A DNA stretch of 64,000 bases from Isurus oxyrinchus (GCA_026770705.1 JANJGN010000009.1:164362001-164426000), one strand, 5' to 3'. Positions 12,630-26,658 are shown, counted from the stretch's first letter. The notes: a model not told the origin generated them from the letters alone. Translations and numbers: made by a program.

Positions 12630-13962
12630 AGAGATAGTTTAAGTAAGCTATATTCGTGTTTGTTTTTGTTTGGGATAAGGTATACCTTTAAGCTTAAGGT
12701 TGATTTGTGTTTCTGCATTGGTGTGTTAAGAAAGGGAGAACTTGAGTTTTAGCTCCCCTTTAAAAGATGCCTACATTTTAATAAGGTTTACGATTCTTGA
12801 AGGGAAGTTAAAACAAACACAAGGTAGAAAAGCTGTGCTGTTGCCTAGCAACAGGGGTCCAGAGAGAGAGGCCCCACAGGCACAAAGAAACCGAAAGCAG
12901 TTTGAGTTCAGGTGGTTATTATGCTCTAAGATGAAGGGAAAAGATTAAGTCTCTCTCTAGCTGACATACTAGCCGACTGCTGAGGAAAATAAGTCTAAGA
13001 ATCTTAGATGAGTTGCTGTAAAGTTAAAGTGACAGTGAATGTCGCGTTCTAGATCTCAAGGGAGAGACCAACTTGTCAGCAGTCTACTGGGACAGGGAAC
13101 TGCAGGGAGCAGGTCCTAAAGGGAAAAAAAGAAAACCCCAAGAAGACTTTCTAGTCAAAGGAAAAGAACAGGAATATGGGAAAAAGTGTTGTTAAATGAA
13201 GGTAAGAGGAGCAGAGAAAGGCTCCAAGCTTAAAGGGAGAAAGCTGCAGGACACAGACTTGAAGCAAAACAGGCTTGCAAGAAGACAGAAGATCAAAGGG
13301 GAAAGCCAACGGTCTGTGATTCTTTACTCTAGGCAGGTGAAGCAGTGGTGTTCTGCTGGCCTGGTTGAGGGAAGAGGAACATCAGAAGGAGAGTTCGAAG
13401 CCCTGGAAGCAGAACCTTGTGGAAGGTGTCTGAGGGAAAGCATCATTTGGGAGAAGATTCCAAAGCAGGTTCTTCAAGAGTGGAGATTGAAAACCCTTGT
13501 GTCAAAAATGGAATTCAGTGAGACCAATTGGCTCACGGTGGGACAAACCTCTGGGGAGAGAGGGATGAGGGATCCATAGCATCTGTTTGGGGTGGCATCA
13601 GTCACTTGGTTTCTGCGTATGATGTGCCTGACCACAAATCGCATACTGGTTTATATGGACTATGTACTTACAATGATCACGGGAGTATAAGGTAGCTTTT
13701 GTAACTTGTGCTATCCTTGTGAATTTGTATATATCTGTAAAGGTATAGGTGTGGGTGAAGGACTATTATAATATAGTTCATCTTTTCTTGTTTAATAAAT
13801 GTTTTATTCTTTTGTTAAAAGTTCATCAGCTGACTCCTGTGACTGTGTTCAGTAGCTACTCTCCACGTTTCTAAACAAAAATTAGAAGTTAGGATCTATC
13901 AAGCTGGGTTCCACCCAGGGATCTGACTTGTGCAGTAATAACATCACTAGGGATCATAATAC
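12630..13962 (+). mobile_element. Probable solo LTR
   Basis: LTR-like composition, AATAAA at about 13794, ends GGGATCATAATA(C); contains the palindrome GTTGCCTAGCAAC; 5' boundary uncertain. Confidence 0.5.
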
Positions 13963-15033
13963 TGTCAAACATGTGATGGCATCATCTAATTCGCTGATCA
14001 GTGCTGTTTGATGATATAATTTCTACATAAATAGACTTTGTGTGGTCCTGCAGATCAGACTTCAGACTGATGATAGTTAACCTAGCTCAAGATATTTTGA
14101 CTAAGGAAGTCATTCTTAGCAGGTTTGGCAGATGCAAATATCAGGAATCCCAACTCATCTTCAGAAAAAAATTGTTTGAGCAGTTCATTAAATGGGTGAA
14201 CATCCTCAGTGAACAAGTGAAAACCATCTTTAACTTCCTGGAGAAAATTCCAGCAGTGCCAGGGGACCTTTCCTGAGAGGCATCCAAGGTTCTTTCCCTG
14301 CAGAGCAAAGGAAAGACCATTCCTTTGCTTCAAAAGGCTCCTTTAGACACTGAAGCTAAGTTAGATGAGGAAACAAAAGCCTAACAAACATTATTTCCAT
14401 TACACAGAAAGAAAACAAGAAGGCTTGTATTTAAATAATGCCTTTCACAACCGCAGGACATCCCCAAAGGGATCTGCTAATTTAAATCTAAATCAGTTGA
14501 CTTTAGGGTGATCAAAACAGGTGGGTAGGCAGTGATCTATCTGCTCAGCCTCCAAATTATTCTGTAAGCTCAATTTCTTCAAATTCTTAAAAACATAAAA
14601 TGTTTCAAATACTATTCTTGTCACGGAATGTGACCCAGTCTTTTTAATAGTACTTGACAGTTGAGTATTCAATATACGTAACAGTGATTCTGATACGATT
14701 CAAGAACTGAGGGCAGACTCTAGTTGAGATTTGGGGTTGTGTAAACAAAGGCTGGAGATACAAATGAGCAAATAGTAGAATATCGCCTGACACGGCAAAG
14801 TCTCAAACCACTAAAAACATGCTAGTGACACTTGCAGAACTACCTTGAGTAACAGATAACCTCGCACCAGCCTTTACGCAACTGTTGACAAGCATTTCAT
14901 TACTGCCAAGTCCGTGAATTCTATATTCCGGCGGGGGGTGGGTGGGGGAGGAGATCACAATTCCGCAGTAAAATCCAACCTGTACAAAGTGGCATTCTGT
15001 CCGTAATATTGGCTGGGTCTTCTCTTTCTAAAC

Positions 15034-15082
15034 ATGAAGAGCATTGAATTTACTATTGTCCTCATCACTCTTTCGTTATCAG
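15034..15082 (+). CDS. Gene B exon 1, signal peptide MKSIEFTIVLITLSLS(G)
   Basis: AACATG start, hydrophobic leader, donor CAG|GTAAGG in phase 1; GC/CACCC-type boxes about 100 bp upstream. Confidence 0.85.
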
Positions 15083-16124
15083 GTAAGGAAACAAATAAGA
15101 TGAACCCACGTTGGGGAGTAATCATCTTCATATGCTTTCAAAATAAGTTTCTCTTTTTAACACTGCTTCTTGTATTTGACGGTCTGAACAGTTTTCTATG
15201 TGACCATAGCTGCAACGTGAATGGGCCCCATAAAACTTGATTTATTTTCGTATATAAAGTTTGACTTTCACAAAGTAATGTATTACTACAGTCAGTAGAT
15301 TTAGAGAATATCATGCATATTATCAATTTGTTGATGTAGCAATGACAGCAATATGAGAATATTAATGATTAAGATGCTATGAGAGTCTGGAGCCCGTTAC
15401 TTTAACAAACGCATCAATACAGTTCTATGAAAGCATTTGGCTGCTGTAAGTCTAAGAGTCATTTCTAAGCTATTTTCCCGTCAGCTTCATTCATCATGCC
15501 ACTTAATTTTTTTTGTGAAAAACCTAAGTGACGAGGTTGTTACGAGTTCGCTTAGTAAGCTACTCTTAAATTTAAAAATCTTTTCATGTCACTTTTTAAT
15601 ACTGTCTGCTTTCCAAGACTCTCCTAGATTTCCCATTTTCAGTCTGATTTCCTGGAGGTTTTGCACTCCTAGTTGTTGCCCCCAATTTTGCAGGGTTTTG
15701 GAAGGCGACTGGAGCAGGCCAATGTGGAATTTGGGGTAGGGCTTTGTTGCTCCGCTTTTTGCCCCATGTTGAGGTTTGTCAGCAGAGGATAGGGATTGGG
15801 CAGCTCCTGTGCCTGCCCCTTCAAAATTGGGCATCTCAGACGGAGATGTGACTGGCAGGTTGAATACGCCTGCTCACCTTCTTACTTTTGGTACTCCCAA
15901 TGTATTGGTTGGAGCAGGGTTCTTTCTGAGGTCGTGTGGGGTGGGGGAGGGGTGTGGGCAAGGGTACAATCAGCTTGGTCAAGCAATCAGCTGCAAGGGA
16001 ATGTGACCTTTCTGGGAAAGGGGCCTGAGGCTTTACTTCTTCGTTCCATTGGACCTGCCATAATCTAGCCCAACAAGGGCACAATTTCCAGCCATCTTTC
16101 CAATGGATGCTTCAGCTGGACAAC

Positions 16125-16800
16125 TTCTTATCATGTCCACGGACAGTCTATACATGGCCCAGCCAGAATTGGACACATTTTTGTGCCTTGTTGTTGAATT
16201 TGGCAAGATCTGAAACAGTGCAGGGTTCCTCTAGCGATAGGCATTGCAGGAGATGTTGCATTGTCTGTTGCTCAGTTCCACATTCACAAGTTGTCGGACT
16301 GGTTGTATATCCCCATTTGCTTAGTGACACCTTTGAATGACCTACACCAGTCCTACGTCTGTTAAGGCACTTCCAGGTTGCCCAGTTGCAATTAGCTCCT
16401 GGGGGAAGGCTTTTATCCGGTAGAATTTCCATCGCTGGGGGTTGTTTGAGACTGGCAAGCCAGTCTTTCCACAAGGCAATGCGGGCTTCAGATGGGGTTG
16501 ATTGTAATGGAACAACACTGTGCATGAAGCTCTTCCTTGACTTTAGGTGGCTGGGTGTAGGTGTATGACCATGTAGAGGGTGCCTCTCATTTGATGTTTG
16601 AGGGAGTCGCTCTTTCTTGCTGGCTACCGTTCTTCTTATATCAGGGGGAGCGATACCCGCCATATATAGGCTGTTGGTGTTTGTTGGTTTTAAACAACCT
16701 GTGATAAGTTGACAGCTTGCATTCAGAACGGCTTCCATCTTCTTAACTTGAGTAGATCTTTCCCATGCAGGGCAGGCATATTCAGCAGTGGAATAGCAAA
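16125..16800 (-). mobile_element. Ingi/Vingi-like non-LTR retrotransposon 3' fragment
   Basis: ORF 16148-16738 contains GIAPPDIRR, LNRRRTGVG and a C-terminal CECG..QTMQHLLQC zinc knuckle; AEYACPAW lies upstream. Confidence 0.65.
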
Positions 16801-17209
16801 GCTGGACTGATCCAGGGGCATGTCAGCCATCCACTCTGTGTGGATTTCCTGATCCTGGGAATCCCAACAGGATCAAATGAATAACTGAGAGGCTATTATT
16901 GCAATGAAGGAGTGGATCCGCATATGTTCAGCCCTGGTGAATGTATTAATTCAGTAGATTAATTAGACTGAACTAATGAACTGTCAACAGGTTATTGATG
17001 AATACAGGTACAACAAGCAATTAACAAATGCAGTGTGATTGGGAATTTATTGCATGCTTTGGTAACACAGGAACAGAAATGACTACTGTCTGATTCCCAC
17101 CATAATCTAGAGATGCATTACCACAGGAGGCTGCAATTAAAAAGTAGGGCTTCTCTCCAGAGATGAATTTGACAATATATTTTGTAAAATTATTTGATTT
17201 GGGATGTTG

Positions 17210-18110
17210 GCAACATCATAAATGTTGGATTCATTGCCCACCCATGTAGTTCCTGAGAACCTTTCCTTGCATCTTGTCATCCTGCTGATGGGGCACCCAT
17301 AGGGGTATTATGTAGGAAATTCCAGGATATTAAGTCAGTGATGATGAGGGATTGATGGTTATATGTCCAAGTCAGGATGGCATGTGACTTGGTATTTCCT
17401 TTATTTTGCTAATAGAAGCTATGGCACCAAGATGTGCTGTCACACTTGGTGAGTTGTTACAGAGAAAGTTTTAAATAGTATATGTGTTGGTTATGGAAGA
17501 TATGGATATTGAACTCAGTGATAGGAGCACTAATCAAGTGGACTCCTTTATCCCGGATACTTCCTTTCCACAGTATTAATATTGAGGACTTTGTTTTGCT
17601 GATATCAGGGAGAGAGATGATTGGGCCTTTTCCTGTTGGAGCTGCTTCTTATGTAGTGCAAATGTTACCTGCTGTTCATCAACCCAAAGCATCAGTTGTC
17701 TGGGTGCAGCTTCCTGTACAATCAAAAGAATTGTGAACGTAGCTGTACAATCATCAGGAAATGGATTTACTTCTGACCTTATGCTAGAGACAAGATCATT
17801 AATGAAGTGGTTGAGGATGGTTGGGCCAATAATGTTGCCCTGAAAAATGAGGGCAGCAGTATAGTAGCAAGATCTTTGATAATGAGCCTCTGATTATCAC
17901 AATCATTCTCCTGTCTCAGATATGGCTCTGGCTGCAGGAGGAATATTCTTTTGCCCCTCATTGACCTCAGTTTTGCCAGGAGCCTCCAAATTATATTTGG
18001 TCAAATGCTCCCCCTGATGCGCCCCCTGACACCCTGGATCTAGACATTGGCACAAGAGCTGAAGCTCTTGTGCCAATGTCTAGATCCAGGGTGTCACGAA
18101 GTCAGGAACA
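17210..18110 (-). mobile_element. Old HER1/CR1-like LINE fragment
   Basis: Degenerate similarity to 190-812 and 29380-30060. Confidence 0.5.
18027..18096. repeat. Perfect 34-bp inverted repeat with 2-nt spacer
   Basis: TGACACCCTGGATCTAGACATTGGCACAAGAGCT-GA-AGCTCTTGTGCCAATGTCTAGATCCAGGGTGTCA. Confidence 0.95.
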
Positions 18111-18684
18111 TACAGTCATGAAGTGTTGTAGCCACTCTTCTTACAACTAACTTATGCATGAATTCCAATTGTAAAATGGAGAGGGCCAATGAATTGAAGA
18201 GTTCACATGGGGTGGATGTGATTTTCTGAATTTCATAAAGTGAAAGCTGGGCCAGCTTCTGTTTATTTTCTGTTTCTCCTGGCTGAGATGGAAATCACCT
18301 CATAGGACAAGATGGGGGCAAGCCAGTATGGTCTCCTGGACTAATTTCGATTACCTAGGGGACTTGGGGACAAGTTTCCCAGGATGTTTCTGCCCACGTT
18401 GGCTTGTGTTTTACTGTTTTTCACCTCTTCTAGGAGACTAGTCTTGGATGGGAGAGGGTGTATATATTGTAATATGCTAGCTATCCCAATTGTGTCAGAC
18501 AGGCTAGCTGGACTAGAGGATCTCTTCGTGTCAGATATTGTTGTATTATTATATATTCATGCACTCATTGTTCATAAACAAATTTTCAAGATGAAGTGCC
18601 ACACATGGCACAGTGGGTCATATTCTAACATCCGCCTTAATAGTAAACTAGAATAAAGCTTAAAAATGGGTTGAATAAACCCTG

Positions 18685-18905
18685 ACAACAGGAAATGCTG
18701 GAAATATCAGCAGGCCAGACAGCATCTGTGGAGAGTTAATGTTCCATTTACATTATATTGTTTTAGCATCTATTTTCTGATGAAAGGTCTTCGATCTAAA
18801 AAGTTAACTCTGTTTCTCTTCAGAAATGCTGCCTGACCTGCTGAGTATTTCCAGCATTTTCTGTTTTTATTTCAGATTTCCAAAATCCACTGTATCCTGC
18901 TTTCT
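18685..18905. mobile_element. Penelope-derived palindromic repeat (AAATGCTGGAAATA.TCAGCAGG family)
   Basis: Inverted arms around a degenerate CTGATGAAAGGTC hammerhead-like core; other copies at about 20595-20775, 21305-21400, 28150-28305, 36965-37435, 37621-37908, 42382-42520, 42950-43052 and 55970-56165. Confidence 0.65.
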
Positions 18906-21900
18906 GATTAGTGTCTGAAATCTGCACGATTTCTACCAACAGAACACTGTGGAATATGCAACTTAACACGTTCTTGATTAAAACCTTTAGAATTCACTTG
19001 CAACACTCGTCAGTTAGAAAGCTACAGTCACTTATGCTATATAAGCTGTATGTTGCACAATTCCTTATCCTATATCTTGTATTTATGCTATGGATGGTCT
19101 TCATAAGGAACAAAGAAGGAGAGAAACACATTTTGCAAACTAAACATCCGCCTGTTATGCGTAAGATACTCTAGTTTAGAAAAATAGCTTCATGGCTGAG
19201 AAAGGCTTTACACACAGCACACTGAACATCTGGCTGGGAGGGAGGAAAGGGGGAGGTTGGGGGAATAGCTTAGCCATTATCACATTAGATCTCAGAAACT
19301 TTGGCTCAGAAAGAACATAGAAATAGCTGTGATTGAGAAACCAGCTGTAAGTAAACCTAATTTTATTTTTCCAAAAATGCTGGTTAAAGTGTATCTAGAG
19401 ATATGTTTGTTTTGAGGGTGCCTCCGGGTTAAGGTCATTATGGCCCAATACCTATAAGCGAGCCAGAGTCAGTGTCCCGTAGATAATACGTTTGCCCTGA
19501 GCGTAAACCATTGCACCACAGAAATGTTTAAATGTGTGTTGTTCCCACTCTATTTACAATCTAATTTTCTATGACACAAACCAAAATTAGACAAATCTGT
19601 AGCTTACCAAAAAGAATAGTCATGCCAACCAACTCTTTGAAGGGGGTCAGGCCAAGGCAGTTTGTTATTCTTGCAATCAAATGGAACTTGCTGAAAGTCA
19701 ATGACATTGACGAACTGTTTAAAGTCCTGATTCATAGTCGGGAAATGGTCAGCCTGGAATTCAGTCCTGGCTTTGCAACACAACAACAAACACTCTTCAG
19801 GCAAGCCATGTATAAAATTATAAAATCATTTATAAAATATTGTAATATACTATCACTCACTTTGTGGGATCAATGAGAAGAGTTCACCATTCATATGAAC
19901 AATTTAGAAGACCTTTTACTTACAGAACTTACTGCACTTTGCCAGACCACTAAGCCCTGGGTTTTATTGTTTTTCTCATTTGATATATAATTACTTTAGG
20001 TCATTTATGAATGTTTTATGGATTGACATGCAAGTAATATGTTAACATGAATCTGGGTGTTAAGGCTAAAAGGTAGGAGGGTCAATTTCCTGATGGAACT
20101 GGGGTGCAAACAGATATTCTCAAAGACCAACCCACAGAAATAGAAATACATAGAAGTTACAAAAGACAATTTGGCCCAACCATCTCTGTCAGTATTTGCC
20201 CTCAATGTGAACAAAGAGTTCTAGCCCCATTTAGCCTCCCTGTTCCAATTCCCCTTTCAACACTATTTCTTCATCTATCTGTCTGATCTAGCTTTAAATA
20301 TTGACTGTTTTGTCTGAGCCATTGACCATGGAATCGAATTCCACAGACAACTGTCTGTGTGAAGGAGTTTCTCCTGCCCTCTGTTCAATCTGTACGTGCA
20401 ATCAATGAATGCTCATTGTTGACCCCCTCAACTGCTGGAAACAGCCTTCCTCTGGTGCCTTGCCCCATTTTTTCAGAATTTTAAACGTTTATATCATATC
20501 ACCCCATAATCCATGCTGTTCTGTTAAAAAATGCCCCTGTTTTTCAAGCCTTTCTTTGTATTTCCTTCATGCCAGGCAGCATTCAAGCGAAACATAAACA
20601 GAAAATGCTGGAAAAATTCAGCATATCTAGCAGCTTCTGTGGAGAGAAAAATAGAGTTAACTTTGAGCCCATACAGACTTGAAATGTTAACTCTGTTTCC
20701 TCTCTCCACAGATGTGGCTAGACCTGCTGAGCTTTTTGTGTTTTAGATTTCCAGCATCCTCAGCCTTTTGCTTTTAAGATTCAAGTGAATTGACATTGTG
20801 GTGGGGATTCACTCAGCAAGTTTGAGTTGGAAGGATTTATAGGTTGAATACGCAACCTGTTTGGCCATCAAGTCCTGAAGTAAGACCTAAAAATAGAGCT
20901 CCTGGCTGAGAGTCAGGGACACTACCCATTATGCCACTAGACCTCCTACGGGCATAGCACCCTCTCTAAAAGTTCATGTCCATCATATATTGTGGAGCCC
21001 AAAACTGCACCATGCTCTAACTGAAGTTTTAAGGTTTTATATATTCTCAACCTCCGTTATGTATTCTCAACCCCTTGTGACAAATCCTAGAGATCCATGG
21101 GCTTTTTTTGACAGCCTTAGTGACCTAAGATGCTATTTTTAATGTCCTGTGAACCAAATCCCTCTGCTCTTCCACAGCGCTGAGCCTTCAGGGTACAACT
21201 AGTAGGATGAATTGTGGCGCAGTGTGTAGTGTCCCTGACTGTGAGCTAGAAGCTCCAGGTTCAACTCCTACCCCATGACTTGATGGCCATGTACATATGT
21301 GTCCACCAGCTCTGAAGAGGAGTCATATGGACCTGAAACATTAACTCTGTTTCTCGCTGCCAAATCTTCTGAGCTTTCCCAGCATGTTCTGTTTTTATTG
21401 TCCATTTTATCAATATCCCTTTGCAGTTTCCTTTGATCTGTTAATGAATTAACTATACTTTCTGTTTTGGCATCATCGGCAAATTTTAACACCAATCGAC
21501 ATCTGGTAATTAGCCATAGTTCATAAAAGACCATAGGCATTTGTCTCAATAAGGGTGAGGCAATTAGTTCTCTATAGATGTGGGGCATCACTGCACAAGC
21601 ATGTGGCAAGGCAAGGAGGCAGGCCTCCATGAACTGGAGATTGAACCCACCGTCTTGGCGTTACTCTGCATCACACTCTAGCCATCTTGCCAACCAAGTT
21701 AATCGACATCCAAATCATTAATAGTGAAGAGAAGAGGTCAAAGTACAGAAATCTGAAGGACACTATTACCTATCTCCAGCCAATGAAAAAAATGTGCTTA
21801 ACTCTTACTCTGCTTTTCCCTGCTAACCAACCTTTAATCCAGTTCACTTCTCTGCCATGAGATGCTGCTTAATTTTCTAGTAATCTCTTTGAGAAGATAA

Positions 21901-24035
21901 AGGGGTCTGACATCTTGAACAATCAGCTCAATAATGAGTAATCAATGATCTAACTCTAATATTAGCATACACATTAAACTCCTTGCTATTTTCCCACCAA
22001 GTTCTTAGGTGTTTCAGTCAACCAATCAAACATATCACTACAGTCATAGAAAGGAGGGCAGAAATTGTATAAAACAAACTTAGGGAATCATGAGTGATGT
22101 GATGTAGCGAATTAATTGTCAAATAAAGAGGGCAGAAGTGTCAAAGCATTAAAGAAACTAAGGATGTATAAATGGCAAAGTAAGTGGGCATCTTACTTCC
22201 AACTGTTCATCCATTGACGGCTTCCCATGAAAACACAGGAGAGGGAACACCTGCCCAATCACCTCCTCCCACATGGTCCTCATCTGGGCCACACACTCCC
22301 CCAGGCTTCCCACTTCCTTCCTTATTCCTTTTGCTTCATTAATGCCTGAATGCTTCCATCCATTACTTGAATGAGAAGGACCTGTCACTTTATTCTGCTT
22401 CCATTCCTCTGCCAATGCTTGTGTTTTGTTACTTACTGTTTCTGATTGTATTAAAATGTCCATCCACCTCTTTTTCAGCTTTGATGAAGATTCCGCACCC
22501 AAAATACTAACTTACGCATTTTTGTCCACAGATGCTGAAGGGCTGGCTGAGTGTTTCGAGCATTTTCTGGGTTTCCACCAACCCTCCCCACCAACCCCCT
22601 GTTTCTGGTGTACTCTTCTTTCACTGAGTGCTTAAGTCTTTTTGCCCCACATTACTCGATCAATTTCACCACCCCCAAACTCCAACATCAACCATACTCA
22701 GCAAATTATCATTTTTAAATGAAGGAGTGAAATGTAAAATATGTCAAATTCACTCTGTCAATTCAAGTTTGGGTTTCACTTGTGCAATAACGTAGATTTG
22801 TAAGTGACCGATTCCCTCGGGCAGTAGGTGGGGAGGGAGGTTGGTGAAGGTAGATAGAGTGATCTTGCCACCTACCCGGAGGTATTGGTCCAAGATCTGA
22901 TCCATTTTCAGTGACTACTCACAATTTTGGAGCAGTTCGTCAAATGTTTTTAAGGCAGAGGTGGATAGATCCTTGTTAAGCAAGAGGGTGATAGGTTATC
23001 AGGAGTAGATGGGAATCAGATTTAAGGTTACTATCAGATAAATCATTATCTTATTAAATGGTGGAGCAGGTTCGAGGGGCTGAAATGCCTACTCCTGCCC
23101 CTTTTTCGTATGTTCGTATGCCGATCGGAATGTCAGGAGGTCTGGCAACTTGACTGCAGAGCCAGGCTGGCCAGTGGGGCTGGTTTAAGGTGGAGGTGGG
23201 GGTGACGGAGTAGGAGGACTGCAAAAAAAAGTCAGCCAAGAAGGCCTGGGCGCAATATTTGAGGGGCCAGAAAGAGCTTTAATTCTTCACCTCACCCGAT
23301 AAAAATCATTTTTACTCCCTCTTCTCAATACTTTGAGTGGACTGCAATGTACCAAGTGCCAATGGACAGAGTTATGTGACATATGTGCCACTCCTTGGGA
23401 CAATAAAATTGCATCAGGGTCTTACTGACGTCAGGTTCCTGGCAGACACCTGGACCGATCGATTTCAAGCCTCTGGAAAAATGATGCAGGCCCACAAGTT
23501 GACGAGAATGGGACACAAGTATCACTTTAACCCTGTAACCACTCTATTCACGCCCGGCTGAGAAATTAAAGACAGTCCCAATGAATCATCAAGTGTTCAC
23601 TTATGCTTACTATTCAGGTTAACAACATTAATATAGCTATTGAATTAAATAGTGGCTGAAAATTACATATTTAATCTTAAAATATGTTTGCTTCCAATTT
23701 TTCATGTAGATGGGAGAGGGACTTCTGACAGGATACAACCAAAGTAATAGAGCTTTAGTGCTGATCACTAAAGTGGTACAAAATTCCATATAGACATCAA
23801 AACAAATTGACCAATTACAAATTCAACATGTAGCGCTAGCAATTCGGTAAGGCCCTTCAGGAAATTCCCATTATGCTGATTTGAGTGTGGAATTGTCAAG
23901 CATTATTGACTCAGATGCACACAATAGGTCAGATTATACATGGTCAGTGGAAGTATCCATAAGGCTAAATGGATCCATCAAGGTTTTCTTCAAATGCACG
24001 GTCATGACACAACCCATTGCTTTCTGCTCTAACAG

Positions 24036-24365
24036 GCTCACACGGAGTAGTCGGACCAGGGGAGGTGAACGGAAAACTAGGAGGGTCCGTCACTGTCAAC
24101 TGTCGCTACAGCATACCGAGCAAAAGGAATTACGAGAAGTACTGGTGTAAGGGAGAACAGAGGTTTTCGTGTGCAGTGATAGCGGGCACTCTAAGAACAC
24201 AGCAGGACAGACTCAACAGACTGGTCATTGTGGACAACCAAACCAGTGGAATGTTTTCTGTAACAATGAAGCAATTATCACTGGAAGATGCGGGCTGGTA
24301 CTGGTGTGGGATAACAATGCTGGGCAAGGATGAAATGACTTCTGTCAAATTGAATGTTCTTGAAG
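24036..24365 (+). CDS. Gene B exon 2, V-type Ig domain D1 (CD300/pIgR family)
   Basis: CTCTAACAG acceptor and G|GTAAG donor, phase 1/1; GGSVTVNCRY..KYWCKG....SC (second C-C' disulfide) ..DAGWYWCG. Confidence 0.95.
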
Positions 24366-24469
24366 GTAAGCTGAGTAATTAATCAGCGTTTATTGACTTC
24401 AAGTACAATACAAGCATAGTCGTTTGGTAGTACAGAACTTGAGTATTGATGGAAAAAGAGATATTTGAT

Positions 24470-25145
24470 ACCGCCGTCAATCCAAAAAGACGTACTGCCT
24501 AAAACAAAAATGAGTCATGTGCCAGTGTCGGTGTGGTGCTAGGTATATAGGCCGTGCATCCCAAAGACTGGCGGATCATGTCAGACAGCATACCCCTTCT
24601 GCTGTTCACAACAGGCAAGGTACAAACCAAACTTAACCAGCCCATGCTTGCAAAACTCAAAACACTGTGTCCAATATTACGTGATTCCGTGATTGGACAA
24701 TATTTGCTAAATAACCTTCAGTGTGCTAAGAATTATGCTTACAGCCAATTTAAGATTATCAGTCAGGCTTGCAGTGTGGCACGTTTGCGTGTGTTGGAAG
24801 TTACAAGTATTAATACACAGGGCTCAGTTCATTGCAGACAGAAAGAACATGTACACACATTGTTGCCTGTTTTAGCTAAACAAAATAAATGACTGCCATT
24901 TGCTGGTTCATTCCCCAGGGCAATGTCTTGACCAATCAGAGTCATATTGCCTGGTTTAAATTTGAAACCACGCTTGGCAGTTAACTGTCAGTCACCATCA
25001 ACATTCTACATGGCAACGCCTCTACCAATCAGTGCCCACTTGCCAACCAATCAGTACCCTCTTCTCATACAGTATAAATCTGTTTTTTCCCCTGACACTA
25101 ACATTTTCTTGCAAATTGTCCTGATGAGTGCAATACAAGCATTCC
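24470..25145 (+). mobile_element. Penelope-like element 3' fragment: GIY-YIG endonuclease remnant plus 3' repeat with truncated hammerhead
   Basis: CRCGARYIGR (YIG motif) at about 24527-24556; SVIGQYLL.N..CA..Y...F.II...LRVLE..SI......CRQKE; GTCCTGATGAGTGCAA at about 25118 matches the 4472-4504 motif. Confidence 0.75.
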
Positions 25146-25524
25146 AATAAAGGAACTGTTCACTGTGGCTGTTATCTGTTTCATCAGAAAACTATGCTAG
25201 TCTTGCTGGATTAAAAAAAAAATTTCACAGACTTGAAATATATATTCAGGAAAAATAAACAACCCGCACACTTGATTGATATTGCTGAAGAACTGGATTT
25301 AAATAGTATTAAAAGAGGAGAGAAAAAGTGCTGGAAATCTGAAAGAAAAATAGTGAATACAGGTATATATGTACAATCAATATCTATGCAGAGAAAATAC
25401 AGGATAATGCTTTGGGTAAATTCTTCTTCAGTGCTGAAAATTGAAAGGTAAACAAGGAACATTGTTAATGCTGCAAGGAGGAGCAGGGTGAAAGCAGAGA
25501 AACAGGAAAGGTAATGGACATAAC

Positions 25525-26015
25525 TCTGAATCACAGAGTCGTTACAGGGCAGGAGGAGGCCATTCAGCCCGTCATGCCTGCACCAGCTCTCTGAATGAGC
25601 AATGCACCTAGTGCCATTCCTATGTTTTTGTCCCCTAATCCTGCACATTCTTCCCTTTCAGATAATAATCAATTCCCTCTTGAATGCCTCGATTAAAGGT
25701 GCCTCCACCACCACACTATCTGGCAGAACATTCTGGATCTTAAGCATTCGCTACGTGAAAAAGCTTCTCCTCATGTCTGCATTACTCCTTTCACTAATTA
25801 CCTTAAATCTGTGACCTCTCGTTCTTGATCCTTCCACCGGTGGAACAGTTTCTCACCAACTACTCTGCCCAGGCCTCTCATGATTTTGAATACCTCAGTC
25901 AAATCTCCTCTCAGCCTTTTCTCCAAGGAAAGTAGTCCTAACCTCTCCAATCTATCTTTCTCAACCCTGGACCAATTCTTGTGAATCTGTTCTGCACCCT
26001 CCCGAATGCTTTCAC
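25525..26015 (-). mobile_element. CR1 LINE 3' fragment
   Basis: Reverse complement of a CR1 ORF2 end and 3' UTR with a GATTC-type tail. Confidence 0.7.
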
Positions 26016-26658
26016 ATAACTAAGGAAGAAGGATGTTCTTGGTCTGGAGCAGAGGGTGGAACCAGTACAGCAAAATGTGATAGAGATGGTTAAAAACTGG
26101 ATAAAGGGATGGTGCTCTTCCAGAAAATGAGCTGGAAAGTAACATATTCCAGATGGTTACTGGCATCAGCAGAAAGCCCATCGACAGAGACAGACAGACA
26201 GACAGACAACAGTAGAGGGACGAAAACAATCAGGGAAGAATCGGATGAAAATGGGAATGGCGGAAATTAGAATCATTAAATTCTCAAGATCAGAGAGAGA
26301 GCAGAAAGCAGCACCACTGTCAAGGCAGAATAGATCTGGGGGAGGGAGATCTGAGTAGAAACGTATTAAATATATCCTTCAAATGGACGGGCCCTTGCAG
26401 GTCTCAAGGGAGAGAGCGGAGTTCAAAGAAACGTTCAAGAAGAGAACAATTTCAGCCAGGCTTTCATTCCACAACAAGAGGCAGACAATTTGTTCTGCCG
26501 AAATGGTAAAAACTAAATCTACCCTATTATTGGGAGGGCTTTATAACTGAAGCAGTTGGTTAATTAGCATGAAAAGAACATAATTATATGAAAGGCCTGA
26601 CGTGGAAATACAAATGTTGAAAGGGTAAAATTGCTGATATATTTTTAAAGGTAGTTAC

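Noticed and set aside
13196-13579. 127-aa ORF as a host gene
   Set aside because: Lies in a purine-rich LTR-like repeat with no recognisable domain or splice context.
21213-21290. tRNA gene
   Set aside because: tRNA-like A/B boxes belong to a SINE head (related copies at about 20840-20950 and 57130-57250, minus strand); no complete cloverleaf.
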